In this document: piece after piece, positions 1 to 13,207 of the stretch
Layout of the letters: every line of letters starts with the position of its first letter
Numbering within the stretch: the first letter of the stretch is position 1
NCBI GenBank assembly: GCA_964016885.1
Contig: OZ024744.1
Location: 100,936,001 to 101,000,000, forward strand
DNA: 64,000 nt
Direction of reading: 5' to 3'
Origin: Eledone cirrhosa
Lineage: Eukaryota
Position numbers and translations under genes: made by a program
Notes under the pieces: model-generated
Database searches by the model: none
Seen by the model: the letters and a program-made list of their open reading frames with translations, nothing else
What the model was told of the DNA's origin: nothing

Positions 1-445
1 CGTTTTTAATGATTTTCGCCAAAGCTTATCACCTTTGAATTTAGAAATGCAATTGTTTCTAAAGGCTAATCGCTCTTACTGGGATGAAGAATTGGTGTCT
101 ACGATTTTCAATCAATCATAAATTGCTTTTTATTTGCAAATAGTTGCTTATTCATAGTTTAAATTAAATATTTTGCTAATTTCTCTCTCAAAATTAAAAA
201 CCAGAACTTTTTTTTTTTCATCTTTTGAATTTTTTTTCTCTTTATTTTTGCTTCATCGGAATCTCCTATGTTCAAAACATAGAAATCCGAAGGAATTCCT
301 GAAAAAACCCCCAAAAAGTAGCAAGAGTACGCTGCTGCAACAGCAATTAATTGCAATTAATTGCAATAATTGATTGGTTAAACAGACAAAATTGATTGGT
401 AAAATTTTAATTGGGCATCGCCCAATCAATTATTTACAAGCCCTG
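1..445 (-). mobile_element. Possible terminus of a hAT-like DNA transposon/MITE
   Basis: Ends in TTACAAGCCCTG (reverse complement CAGGGCTTGTAA, a CAGGG-type terminus); the other end is not in the window. Confidence 0.3.
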
Positions 446-630
446 ATTGTCTTTCGTTATTGTCTTTTGTTATTGTAAGTTTCATATCGCTTTTGTTATT
501 GTCTTCGTTATTGTCTTCGTTATTGTCTTCGTTATTGTCTTCGTTATTGTCTTCGTTATTGTCTTTGTTATTGTCTTCATTATTGTCTTTTGTTATTGTC
601 TTTTGTTATTGTCTTTCGTTATTTCTTTCC
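446..630. repeat. 12-bp minisatellite (TTATTGTCTTCG)n
   Basis: Direct tandem units visible. Confidence 0.9.
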
Positions 631-635
631 TTATT

Positions 636-3600
636 CATCATCATCGATTAACATCTATCTTCCACGTTAGCATGGGTTAGATGGGCTTGTCCCATTTAGA
701 GGTAAGTTGGGTCGGGTGACCGTGTCTTGCTCATATAGGAGTGTTTCTGACTGGTTTTCTATGGCTGTATGCCCTTCCTAATGCCAACCACATTGACAGT
801 GTGGGCTGGGTGCTTTTTGCAGTGCCTTTTACACGGCTACTTTACAGTGTGTGCTAAGTGCTTTTTCTTGTGACACCTACATGATCACTTTACAGTGTGG
901 GCTGGATGTTCTATACAGTGTGGACTGGGCACCTTTATCATGTCACCGACACAACCACTTTACAGTGGCACCTACGCACTTTTGTCTTTGGACTAGGGAG
1001 GGTGGAGGGGTTTGGGGGAACATGTGGACAGGGTAGTAGGGGAGGTATGGTTACCGCTAAGGGAGGTGAATGAGAGGGGATAGAAGGTTGAGGAAGGTGT
1101 TGGCTACTCGGTTTAAGCCTCAGCCTGAGAACAATAGAGGGCAGGTCATCTGTAAAACTGCATAGCACCAGAGGTCGCAGTCCTGAGTCATTGCCTTTGA
1201 GAGGTGTAATTGTGCAAGGTCAGCTTTTATTACCTCATCCCAAGTCTTCCTAGTCCTGCCCACATCACGGCTACCATCGACTTTGAGTGCTCTGCACCTT
1301 ATTATACAGCTGTCATCCTTCATATGCATCACATGTCCATACCAACACAATCTCCTCTTCTACATGCAACAACTGATCCCTCTTAAGCCTAATGTCTCAC
1401 TTGGTGTATTTATACTTTGCTGTTCAATTATATTACTATTGCTCATCCAGCGAAGCATGGAGACTTCATTTCTTTCCAATCTTCGCAGGTCCTCTGTACA
1501 CAGAGACCAGGTCTCGCTGCCATGCAACATTGTTGTTTGTATACATGCATCATGCATTGAAAGAAAAACCTTTTGTAGTTATTAACAGTAGTAGCTCCCT
1601 GAATTTTCTCCAACCTGATCTCACTCTGGTTACTGTGCTTTCGGACCACACTCCTCTACTACGGATTTGGTCACCCAGGTAACGGAAACTATCTACCACT
1701 TCAACCGAGCCATCTGAGCATTTAAAGGTGGTTCTATCCTGAGGGTTCTTCTTACTTACTGCCCCTGTCCACCTGCCACAAGTAAAACCTACAATTTTTG
1801 TTAGCCTGCCTGAGATTCCACTACATCTCTTGTGTACCCATTGCTTGCATTTGGTACATAGAATGGAATTTCTACCTACTCCTTTTCTGCACATTGAGCA
1901 GGGCCATTTCCCAGAGGCGATCTGTGCCCTGTTATCCCTTCTACTTACTAGAACTCTAGTCTTTGCCAGGTTGATTTTAAGACCTTTTGATTCTAGGCCT
2001 TTCTTCCAGGTTTGAAATTTCATTTCTAGTTTGGCTATAAGGGTTAAGTCATCAGCATACAGAAGTTCCCTTGGGCATCCAGTCTTAACTCCTCCGTTAT
2101 TGCCTGCAGACTGATGATAAACAGCAGAGGGCTAAGAACAGAGCCCTGATGGACACCAACCTGCACACTAAATTCTCCACTATAGTCATTGTTAATTCTA
2201 ACTTTGCTGACTGTTCTTCTATACATTGCTTCAACGCCCTCACAAGCGATTCGTCAACTCCTAGTTTCCTAAGAGCCCACCAGATAATGGAACAAGGGGA
2301 CTCTGTCAAAAGCTTTCTCAAGGTCGACAAAAGCTGGGTAGAAGGGCTTACTTGTAGCTAGGTACTTCTCCTGTAGCTGTCTTACAAGGAAGAGGGCATC
2401 TTGGGGCAAATCCAAACTGCATCTCATCTGTGTTAACACGTTCTCTAATCAGCTGAGCTTTCAGAGACCTTCATAACCTGGTCAACCAACTTAATGCCTC
2501 GATAATTTTCTCTATCTAGAGCATCACCTTTCCCTTCGTAGCAATTTATGATCATGCTGCTACACCAGTCATTGGGTATGACTCCATTTCTGTATAACTT
2601 GGTTTACAATGTGGGAGACTATGGTATGAACCATCATACCTGATGCTTTCAGCATCTCAGCAACTATCCCTGAGGGACCAGCTGCTCTGCTTGACTTCTT
2701 ATCCTTAATTGCCTTACTTACGATACTACTGTTAACTTGTACAGCCGGTCCCTCTGTTGGGTCAACATGTGACAAATTTTCTTCTCCCCGTGCATTCTCT
2801 TCATTCAGTAATCTTTCATAGTGACACTTCCATACTACCTTCTTTTCAGCATCAGTGAGAGCAAGTTCGCCAAAATAATTTCAGGCACACTTCTCCCCAC
2901 TGGCATTACAATTTTCCCTGACATATTGTCTTGCGAACCTGAACACCTCACGTCTTTGATCCTCACGTTGCAAAACATGCTTAAATTTTTTTTCTGCTCC
3001 CTTCTAAGCGAGGTAAACTTGTCGCCTATCTTCTCTCCTAGCCTTCTGGTAAACTTCTCTGTTACCCCCATTACACCTATCTTCTCTTCTAGCCTTCTGG
3101 TAAACTTCTCTGTTACCCCCATTACACCAATCTTCTCTCCTAGCCTTCTGGTAAACTTCTCTGTTACCCCCATTACACCTATTTTCTCTCCTAGCCTTCT
3201 GGTAAACTTCTCTGTTACCCCCATTACACCAATCTTCACTCCTAGCCTTCTGGTAAACTTCTCTGTTACCCCCATTACACCAATCTTCTCTCCTAGCCTT
3301 CTGGTAAACTTCTCTGTTACCCCCATTACACCAATCTTCTCTCCTAGCCTTCTGGTAAACTTCTCTGTTACCCCCATTACACCAATCTTCTCTCCTAGCC
3401 TTCTGGTAAACTTCTCTGTTACCCCCATTACACCTATCTTCTCTCCTAGCCTTCTGGTAAACTTCTGTTACCCCCATTACACCTATTTTCTCTCCTAGCC
3501 TTCTGGTAAACTTCTCTGTTACCCCCATTACACCAATCTTCTCTCCTAGCCTTCTGGTAAACTTCTCTGTTACCCCCATTACACCAATCTTCTCTCCTAG

Positions 3601-3990
3601 CCTTCTGGTAAACTTCTCTGTTACCCCCATTACACCTATCTTCTCTCCTAGCCTTCTGGTAAACTTCTCTGTTACCCCCATTACACCTATTTTCTCTCCT
3701 AGCCTTCTGGTAAACTTCTCTGTTACCCCCATTACACCAATCTTCTCTCCTAGCCTTCTGGTAAACTTCTCTGTTACCCCCATTACACCTATCTTCTCTC
3801 CTAGCCTTCTGGTAAACTTCTCTGTTACCCCCATTACACCTATCTTCTCTCCTAGCCTTCTGGTAAACTTCTCTGTTACCCCCATTACACCTATCTTCTC
3901 TCCTAGCCTTCTGGTAAACTTCTCTGTTACCCCCATTACACCTATTTTCTCTCCTAGCCTTCTGGTAAACTTCTCTATTACCCCCATTAC
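636..3990 (-). mobile_element. Degraded 5'-truncated RTE-clade LINE with 3'UTR and (ATG)n tail
   Basis: Broken ORF pieces ([39 protein letters not shown]) collinear with the intact copy at 54433-56790; stops and frameshifts. Confidence 0.92.
3025..3990. repeat. 51-bp minisatellite (~19 units) derived from RTE ORF2
   Basis: Unit CTTCTCTCCTAGCCTTCTGGTAAACTTCTCTGTTACCCCCATTACACCAAT; minus frame GGNREVYQKARRE corresponds to [13 protein letters not shown] of the RTE ORF. Confidence 0.93.
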
Positions 3991-4325
3991 ATCAATCTTT
4001 CCAAGCCTGTCTTTTGGCCTTAATTGTCTCATCTACTTTACTATTCACCACCAAGTCACTGTCTTTTGATTATTTCTTTCGTTATTGATCATCATCGTGA
4101 TGATGATGGTGATCATTATCATCATCACGTCTGCTTTTCCCTGCTAGCAAGGGTTGAACATTTAGGTTATTTAGATGATACGATCAACATTCAGCTGAAC
4201 ATATCTGTTGATGTTATTAGATATTAATAACTCAATTCCTCTTTATTTTACCATTTCTGGATTTGTTCTAAGTTTGTTGAATACAGAATCTTATTTTAAC
4301 TGGATTTTGATATTCACTCTGTCCT

Positions 4326-4838
4326 TTAAAATTCCTTGGTCAATGACCGCCACACATCCCCAACCACCAGAGAACATTTAAATACAAAGAGTTCCAGTTT
4401 TAAACACCTCAGTGATGGCCTGAAGTACAATGATAAATAGAAGTAGACTGAGGACTGAGCCCTGGTGGACTCCCACCTGTACTTCAAATTCATTACTGCT
4501 GACCTCACCCTGTTAGATGCTCCTCTAAACATGGTCTGTATGACCCTCACAAGCCATTTGTCTACACCTAGCTTCCTAAGTGCCCACCAGATTATAGAGC
4601 ATGGGATCCTGTCGAAGGCCTTCTCCAGATCTACAAATGCTAGATACAGTGGCTTAGTCTTAGCTAAATACCTGTCCTATAGTTGTCTCACCAGAAAGAA
4701 GGCATCAGTAATACCTCTCCCTGGCATAAATCTAAACTGCATCTCATCTAACTTGATTCTTTCCCTAATTAGTTGTGCTATAACCCTTTCAGTAACTTTC
4801 ATGACCTAGTCCATCAACTTGATACCCCTGTAGTTACA
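4326..4838 (-). mobile_element. RTE LINE RT fragment
   Basis: Reverse strand encodes the degraded [11 protein letters not shown]...[10 protein letters not shown] region. Confidence 0.85.
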
Positions 4839-4939
4839 ATACAACCGTTTTATAAAGACAGCCGGCTAACTGAAGTCGAAGGTGACCAAGGAAGGCCTGG
4901 GTAGTGGCGGTGAGAGCTAGCTGATTTCAAGTTGTTTGA

Positions 4940-5160
4940 CCCTTTAGCATATAAACTGGCCATGTCCAGCCAGAATTCTCTCACATCTTTCTGTTCCAAT
5001 TGTCTGTAACCAGCTGTTCATACTGATGTTAAGGTATTGTTCTCAAAATAAATAATATCAAAATCTTGTAGATTTGATATTATGTGAGAGAATTATGTAA
5101 GGTAAAATCTTTACCACAAAAATGCAATAGTAAACATGGTGTAATGTAAATGCTAAAGGG
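4940..5160 (+). mobile_element. piggyBac-type MITE (~220 bp family)
   Basis: CCCTTTAGCAT...ATGCTAAAGGG terminal inverted repeats followed by TTAA; same family at 16920, 22340, 23209, 37018, 61703. Confidence 0.8.
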
Positions 5161-5509
5161 TTAAGCTCTGAGATGATGACAAAGGAATGCAACAATTGAA
5201 ACGGTGCTGTGCTGGAAAAGATCCATCCAACCCATGGAAGCATGGAAAACGATGGTGATGATGATGATGAGTATCAGCCATTTTTAATAGATAATGACCC
5301 TCAGAGGCTTCCCCCTTTTTGGGGAATTTTTGTTGTTTGAATTTTTTAATTTGTTTTTACTCATTTCTGTTTTGTTATAATCTTTTTTCACGGCCAAAAC
5401 CCACATTGTATCGTCCTGTACCGTTCTGTGCCGTTTGTAATGTTTTTCTTCATGTTAGCCCTTGTGGCCAATAAAGAAACCATTATTTAATTGAAAATTT
5501 AACTTCCAG

Positions 5510-5640
5510 GTGCCACCTCTCCCCATGAAGCCAGAAGTAGATGCTAAAAGTGCTGAATCAAAATCTAAGAAACAACTTGGAAGTGATACAAAAATTCTTA
5601 TTGGAGATGAGTTTCAAAAAGAATGTCAAAATATAGAGAA
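5510..5640 (+). CDS. Internal exon A of a PX-BAR sorting nexin (SNX1/2/5/6/32 group); PX proline loop
   Basis: ttccAG|GTGCCA...GAGAA|GTGAGT; 131 nt, phase 0 to 2; VPPLPMKPEVDAKSAESKSKKQLGSDTKILIGDEFQKECQNIE resembles the PPxPxK/PPxPPRP loop of sorting-nexin PX domains. Confidence 0.85.
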
Positions 5641-5657
5641 GTGAGTGAAGGTTTTGC

Positions 5658-5691
<34 letters not shown>

Positions 5692-5694
5692 GAT

Positions 5695-5887
5695 GGGTGG
5701 TGGATTGGCAGTATCGGTAGAGAGTCGGACGCCATGCTTTGAAGCATGGAGTTACGTCTCTTTATGATCTGAGTTCAAATCCCGCCGAGGTTAACTTTGC
5801 CTTTCATCCTTATGGGGGTTGATAAAATAAAGTACCAGTAATGTACTGGGATAATTGCTGGCCTTGTGCCAAAAGTAGAAACAATTT
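5695..5887 (+). mobile_element. tRNA-derived SINE family 1 (Meta-domain-like)
   Basis: A-box TGGCAGTATCGGTAG, B-box GAGTTCAAATCC, central GCCTTTCATCCTT..GGGGTCGATAAAATAAAGTACCAG; many copies in window. Confidence 0.85.
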
Positions 5888-5969
5888 TTTAGATGAGGGC
5901 GATGTCATCTCACTTTTTCTGTCTCACACACGCACAGTTTCTCTCCCCTCTCTCCCCCATCTCTTTTCC

Positions 5970-6001
<32 letters not shown>

Positions 6002-6016
6002 AGTCTCCCATTCTCT

Positions 6017-6125
6017 TGCCCCGCTCTTTCCCCTCGCCCCGCTCTTTCCCCTCGCCCCGCTCTTTCCCCTCGCCCCGCTCTTTCCCCTCGCCCCGCTCTT
6101 TCCCCTCGCCCCGCTCTTTCCCCTC
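6017..6125. repeat. 18-bp minisatellite (GCCCCGCTCTTTCCCCTC)x6 in CT-rich tract
   Basis: Direct tandem units. Confidence 0.9.
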
Positions 6126-6321
6126 TCCTTCTCCCTCTCTCTCCCTCTAAACAAATGACATTCATTTTCTCTCTCAATCTATATACATATCTCTCACTTG
6201 ACACTCCCCCTCTCTATATATATATATAGATGAGGGCGACGTCATAACTTTCTATCTACCTCTTTCTGTCATCTCAAAAAAACACACGGTGTTCCCTTTT
6301 CTCTCTTTCTATAAATATGTA

Positions 6322-6485
6322 CCGTATTTCTCGGCGCCGAAGACACCACATCCTTGAGGACACACCCTAATTTTGACAACCAAAAATTTGAAAAAAAAAT
6401 AATAAACAACCTTCAGGACACACGGTGGATTTTTTTTAGATTATTTAAGGAAAAAAAGTAGCGTCTTTGACACCAAGAAATACGG
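6322..6485. mobile_element. Tc1/mariner-pogo type MITE
   Basis: TA|CCGTATTTCTCGGCGCCGAAGAC...GTCTTTGACACCAAGAAATACGG|TA inverted termini with TA duplication. Confidence 0.8.
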
Positions 6486-6510
6486 TATATCTTCACTTGG
6501 CACTCCCCTT

Positions 6511-6845
6511 CTTATAATATAGACTATTGGATCTTATTATAATATAGACTATTGGATCTTATTATAATATAGACTATTGGATCTTATTATAATATAGATT
6601 ATTGGATCTTATTATAATATAGATTATTGGATCTTATTATAATATAGATTATTGGATCTTATAATATAGATTATTGGATCTTATAATATAGATTATTGGA
6701 TCTTATTATAATATAGACTATTGGATCTTATTATAATATAGATTATTGGATCTTATAATATAGATTATTGGATCTTATAATATAGACTATTGGATCTTAT
6801 TATAATATAGACTATTGGATCTTATTATAATATAGACTATTGGAT
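6511..6845. repeat. 25-bp AT-rich minisatellite
   Basis: (CTTATTATAATATAGAYTATTGGAT)n, with some 22-bp variants. Confidence 0.92.
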
Positions 6846-7222
6846 TGGCTGTGGACACCATGCTTTGCGGCGTACAGCTACAACCCTTTACATTCTGAGT
6901 TTAAATCCTGCTAAGGTCAACTTTGCCTTTCATCCTTACAAGGGTCATTAAAATAAAGTACCAGTAATGAACAGGGGTCAATTTATTCGACTTTCTCCCT
7001 CCACACAAATTGTTGGCCTTGTGCCTAAATCAGAAACCATTGGCAGTATCGGTAGAGGGTCGGACGCCATGCTTTGATGCATAGAGTTACGGCCCTTGCC
7101 ATTCTGAGTTCAAATCCCGCCGAGGTTAACTTTGCCTTTCATCCTTACTGGGTCGATAAAATAAAGTACCAGTAATGCACTGGGAAATTTGCTGGCCTTG
7201 TGCCTAAAGTAGAAACCATTAT
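6843..7222 (+). mobile_element. Two tandem copies of SINE family 1
   Basis: Two successive B-box + GCCTTTCATCC...AAGTACCAG + GGCCTTGTGCC units. Confidence 0.85.
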
Positions 7223-7592
7223 TTTATTTTGTTTTGGTACATTAAAAATATAAAATTTTTAAAACTGTGAAATTATAAATGGGATATAACAAAACTGTAG
7301 CATTGGCAGGTAACAGGTTATAGAAGAGATGTGATTGAAAAGGTTTAAAGCTTTTTTTTTTTTTATTTGTAGTCACAAATGAAGTAACATTGATGTATAA
7401 ACCGACTGTTACATAATTATACATTCAATATATCATCATCATCATCGATTATTAACGTGAATCTTCCACGCTAGCATGGGTTAGATGAGCGTTATTTTAA
7501 GGCAAGTTGTGGTACTTTTACCTGACACAAACCCAAACTGCATTTCATCTAGATCAATTCGCTCTCTGATTAGTTGCGCTATAACCCTTTAT

Positions 7593-9139
7593 CAGCCATA
7601 GGCACAAGAATGGGCCCAAACTGTGCCAACCTTTTCGTTGGCCATGTTGAGGCCCAAATCTTTGCCCAGTACACCGGCCCCGTGGCCGAACTGTACGGTT
7701 GTTACATCGACGACTGTATTGGAGCCACGACCCTCACCCGAGAACAGCTCGACTCCTCCTTTCTCTCCTTCTTCTGCTCCCTCCACCCCTCCCTCCACTT
7801 CACCACCTATCTCCACCACCCACGTCCATTTCTTAGACATCTCCGTCGCCATCTACCCCTCCCACCACTCCCTTGTCACCTCAGCCTTCTTCAAACCTAC
7901 CGACTCTCACTCCTACCTCCACTTCACCTCCTCCCTCCCCACACGCACTAAACACTCTATTCCCTACTGCCAACTCCTCAGGATCCGCCGCCTCTGTAGC
8001 CGAGATGCCGACTTTGAGTCCCAAGCCCTTTCCCTAGTCAGCCATTTCATCCGGAGAGGTTCCCACCCCACACACACACTTCTCTTGTCCACATCGCCCT
8101 CGCTCGCGCCCGTGCTGTTCACCGCTCCACCACCCTCACCCCACGCCACCGCACACCCACCCACCGTCTCCCCTTCACCACCCCTCCACCGCACCATCCT
8201 CCGCCTCCAGTCCGACCCCTCCACCTCCCACATCTTCCCCCCCCCTCCCCCCCTTCAAACGCGCACGCAATCTCCGCACCCTCCTTGTCCACACCTCCCT
8301 ACCCCCCCACCGGTTCCATTCCCTGCTCCAGGCCTCGTTGCCACACCTGCCCCCACATCACCAACACCACCACCTTCCATGGTCCCAATGGCCACTCTCT
8401 CTCTGTCCGGCACGCCTTCAGCTGCACCTCCTCCAACCTAGTCTATGGACTTCGCTGCACGGAGTGTAGCACAACCTACGTCGGACAGACTGGACGTCGC
8501 CTGCCGGACCGTTTCACCGAACACCTCCGGGATATTCGTCTCGGCAGGAGTTCCCCCATCGCCCGCCACTTTGGCTCCCCTGGACATTCCGCCCACCACC
8601 TCACAGTCTGTGGCCTGCTCCAATGCCACGGAACACCCGCCACTCTCCTCAGGGTCGAACAACGAACCATCTTCACCCTACAGACCCACACACTCCCCCG
8701 GCCTGAACTCCCCACCCCTATTCCTTTAGCCTTCGACCGCCCTGTTTTCCCCCACACACACATCCCCCACTAACAGACTCCTCCTTTTCACTGCCCCACC
8801 CCCTTGGCCCACCCTACAACTAACAATACTAGCATCCCCACCCCTTTCCCTATCACGCACACACCCACCTGTACATATATACACGCACTCACACTATCCA
8901 CACACCCTACTACCGCCACTAAGCCTCACCCACACATCCACTCCAACCACCCCACAACTAATATCACTAACATCCCCCGACCCCACGCACACGAACACAC
9001 ACCTTCACACCCCCACCCACCCTCACCTACATACACCACCCACTTCACACACCCAACCACCACTAACCCCCACTTACATACCCGCATTCAACCCTTTCCC
9101 CACCACCAGTAATACTAACACCCACTAACACCCTCTCTA

Positions 9140-9235
<96 letters not shown>

Positions 9236-10247
9236 GTGCACTACACTCCCTCCTCCGTTCCCAACACCTTTTCTCTCCCTCTCCCCACTCCACCTACATC
9301 CCTTCACACACACACATCCCCACTAAAACCTCCACTAATATACCCCCCCACATCACCACCTTCCCCTCCACCTTTCACACCTACCCACCCTGTCCACCAC
9401 ACCTCTGCACACCACACACAGACACACAGTACTCACCACACACTGACCATTTCTCCACCTGTCATTCTCCTCTACTGCTACCACTTCACCCTGCCTTGAC
9501 CCTCTGACCAGTTCCTGTTGCAGTGCACACCCCACATCTCTCCACTTCCGACCACCACAACAACTAAATGGTCATCGTTCCAGCTATCCACTCCATAACA
9601 TGAGAAATATCCAGCATCTCATTGCACACCCCACGGAACTACTTTAGGAACTTAACCACGGACATACTCACAATTTTTTTTCGAACCACGCCACCTACAT
9701 CCACACCACGTATAAACACCAACACACACGTGCGTATCCCCACATACACACACACTCAGCCTCCGGAATCCACACGTCCCCCCTCCCCTTCCCCACCCAT
9801 CTGACCCCTCCCCATCCACACGCACACACACACCGACCTACACATCTTTTCTTGAACATGGAACCTCATTCTTCCCCCAACTCTCACATTCACACACACA
9901 CACACACAGACACACGTACACATACACAAAGACCACCTTCAGCCCTCCCCGCTCGGACCCACGTCTCCCTCTCCCTACTCCACCCGCCACCACCCCCTAC
10001 ACACCTCATACCCTTCCACCACTTGTTTATCTTTGTTTATTTTTATTTGTACCCCTTCCATTGTTTTTCCTCCCTTTTTTTTCTCCCCCTCTTTTTTCTA
10101 AATGTCTCTCCAACACTCCCCCACACACCCTCGGAACTCTCTTCCTACCCACTTTTCTCCTGATGAAGGGCTTACTCTCAAGAGCGTGAACCTAATAAAC
10201 TTTTATTGGTACTGCCTCTCTGTTTTTGTTCCCGTCCAGGTTTTGAC
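7593..10247 (+). mobile_element. Penelope-like retroelement (RT fragment + GIY-YIG endonuclease), degraded, with long C-rich/(CA)n 3' region and pLTR end
   Basis: AIGTRMGPNCANLF and YIDD RT motifs, KPTDSHSYL, CSRPRCHTC linker, NLVYGLRC..C...YVGQTGRRL.DRF.EH; degenerate CTGATGA (10160) then AATAAA (10194). Confidence 0.9.
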
Positions 10248-10310
10248 TATATATATATATATATATAGATATGTATGAATATATATATATATATATATAT
10301 ATACGTATGT

Positions 10311-10912
10311 CAGGTCACCAGTTGGTGCTACTGGTAACATGTATCCCAGTACAAGCTGACCCATGGTCGAGTTCTTGGCGACTAAACTGGCAACCCCACC
10401 AAGGTTTCTTGATGAGGAGGGTGACTTTGGACATCCTGCAGGACTAAAAACAAAACCTGTCAAAGGGCAAAGGAGCTCTTAAGAGTCAATGGCCATCCAA
10501 AATCACCAGGAGAGATGACCCCTTAGCCTTTGTCAAGGCAGAATTCTAGGAGAAGGAAAACTCTGATATAACACCTGCAACCCTGATGGTATCCAATGAT
10601 GTTGACTTGTTCTTCTTTTTGGTAAATATCATCTTGGTTAAGAAAGTGGGACTGGCTTTGTGCAGTGCCTTTGCTCACTATAAAAGCTTCACGGCACAGG
10701 CATTGCTTTATATCTGGAGATCTCTCTGCACTTGTCATCACATGGTACCATGGGCCCAGCACTATGTGTCAATAATTGTCACAAGTGTAGTATTTGTACC
10801 AGAGTTTACAAGTCGCTGGTTGGACTAAAAAGTCACTCGTTCAGCGCATCGGTAGAAGTTCTCCTATATGGATATAAAGTAGTGGCCGTACTCGAAAACG
10901 AGTTGGCAGCCA
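10311..10912 (+). mobile_element. Internally deleted LINE of a second family (putative 5'UTR plus C-terminal C2H2 finger)
   Basis: CSICTRVYKSLVGLKSH resembles the terminal zinc finger of some RTE-group LINEs; flanked by TA-rich microsatellites. Confidence 0.5.
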
Positions 10913-11005
10913 CCATATATACATATATATATGTATGTATGTATATATATATAGATATGTATGTATATGTATATATATATATACATATATATATCATCAT
11001 CATCA

Positions 11006-12935
11006 GAATGGAGAATAAATGGGAGAAAGACAGTCTCCCCCACATCAACCCAATATAGGGACCAGCAGTGTTAGTCGAAGGTAGTATAATAAGTAAGGCA
11101 ATCAAAGATATGAAGACGGGTAAGGCGGCTGGGCCTTCGGAAATAGTTGCTGAAATGCTGAAAGCTTCTGGAACGGTGGGACACACCATGGTCACCCGGA
11201 TAGTAAACCAAGTCATACAGAATGGGGTTGTTCCGAAGGACTGGCGTAGCAGCATCATCATTAACTGCTACAAGGGTAAAGGAGATGCCCTAGATAAGAG
11301 TAACTATAGAGGCATTAAATTAATCGACCAGGTCATGAAGGTCACAGAAAAAGTAATAGCGCAACTAATCAGAGAGAGAATTGATCTAGATGAAATGCAG
11401 TTCGGCTTTGTGTCGGGCAAAAGTACCACAGACGCTCTTTTCATTGAGAGCTATACAAGCCATGTATAAAGAAACAGTCAGCAAGGTTAGAATTAACAAT
11501 GAATATAGTGAAGAGTTTAGCGTAAAAGTTGGTGTTCATCAGGGCTCCGTTCTTAGCCCCCTACTATTTATTATTGCCCTTCAGGCTATAACAGTGGAGT
11601 TCAAGACCGGCTGCCCATGGGAACTCCTATACGCAGATGATCTAACGCTCATAGCTGAATCAATGGCCGAACTAGAGAAGAAATTCCAAACATGGAAGCA
11701 TGGCCTAGAATCAAAAGGCCTTAAAATTAACCTGTCTCAGACTAAAGTTCTAGTTTGTAGGAAGGAAAATAGGGTGCCAGTCCAATCCGGGAAATGGCCA
11801 TGCTCAGTGTGTAGGAAAGGAGTAGGTAGAAACTCCATTTTATGTCCCAAATGCAAAGTATGGGTGCATAAAAGATGTAGTGGGATCACAGGTAAGCTAA
11901 CTAAGAACATAGATTTTATATGTGGCCGGTGCTCTGGTACAATAAGTAGCAGCAAGTGCCCACAGAATACTAGCTCTTTCCATTGCACAGATGGTTCTAT
12001 AGAAATAGTGGACAGCTTCCGTTACCTGGGTGACAAAATCAGCAGTGGGGGAGGGTGCTCTGAAAGTACAGTAGCTAGAGTCAGAACTGGATGGAAAAAG
12101 TTCAGAGAGCTTATACCACTATTAGCCGCTAAAGGGTTCTCCCTAAAAATGAAAGGCAGGCTGTATGAGGCCTGCATACGAACAGCAATGTTGCATGGCA
12201 GTGAGACCTGGGCATTGTGTGCAGAGGATATATGCAGACTAGAGAGGAACAAAGCTTGCATGCTCCGCTGGATGTGTAATAGTAATATACGCGAACGGCA
12301 AAGCATAAACGAACTAAGGGAAAAATTAGAAATAAGAGGGATCAGATGTTGTTTACTCGAGAGAAGGCTACGTTGGTATGGTCACATGATGCGCATGAAA
12401 GACGACAGCTGTATAAAAAAGTGCAGGGCAATAAAAATAGACGGTAGCCACGGAGTAGGCAGACCCAGAAAAACCTGGGTCAAGCTGATAAATTCCGACC
12501 TCACACACTTACACCTCTCCAAGACAATGTCACTGGACCGAGACCTTTGGCGCTACACAGTAATAGTAGAAAGTGAAACCTACTACAGTCAGTAGGCACC
12601 TCTAACAAAATACACCCCACCCCATCCACACCACCCCTTTCAATGTAAAGTTATGTTGGTACCACAACATCCAGCCCGAAACAAATGAGGTTGTGTAGGT
12701 GTCACGAAAAAAAAACACACAGTCCACGCTGTAATGTGGCCGTGTAGGCAACACGGTAAAAAGCTCCCAGTTCCACACTGTAAATGTGGTTGGTGTTAGG
12801 AAGGGCATCCAGCCGTAGAAAACCCGCCAGAGAGTCCTATGCGAGCAAGACAACCACTCTTGCCTCAAGTGGGAAAACTCCCGTCCAAACCCATGCAAGC
12901 GTGGAATATGGACGTTAAACGATGATGATGATGAT
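11006..12935 (+). mobile_element. 5'-truncated RTE LINE with an internal deletion near 11445
   Basis: ORFs 11068-11469 and 11390-12595 closely match the 54433 copy; QEKYLAK...VDEWLV segment absent; 3'UTR and (ATG)n tail. Confidence 0.95.
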
Positions 12936-12948
12936 AGATATGTATGTA

Positions 12949-12979
<31 letters not shown>

Positions 12980-12990
12980 GTATGTATATA

Positions 12991-13087
12991 GGAACGAGTA
13001 GGACCCCGACGGCTGAGCTCAAGCCGTTTCGACGGCTAATAGCCGTCGAAACGGCTTGAGCTCAGCCGTCGGGGTCCTACTCGTTCC
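12991..13087. repeat. Perfect palindrome, 48-bp arms and 1-nt spacer
   Basis: 12991-13038 is the exact reverse complement of 13040-13087. Confidence 0.95.
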
Positions 13088-13207
13088 GATTACCCACTCT
13101 ACTACCCTAAGTATTGAGTACTTTGGTGCATTATGGTCCACCTGGTTCCTTACCACATTTCCTCCATTATGTATGTATATATATATATAGATATGTATGT
13201 GTATATA

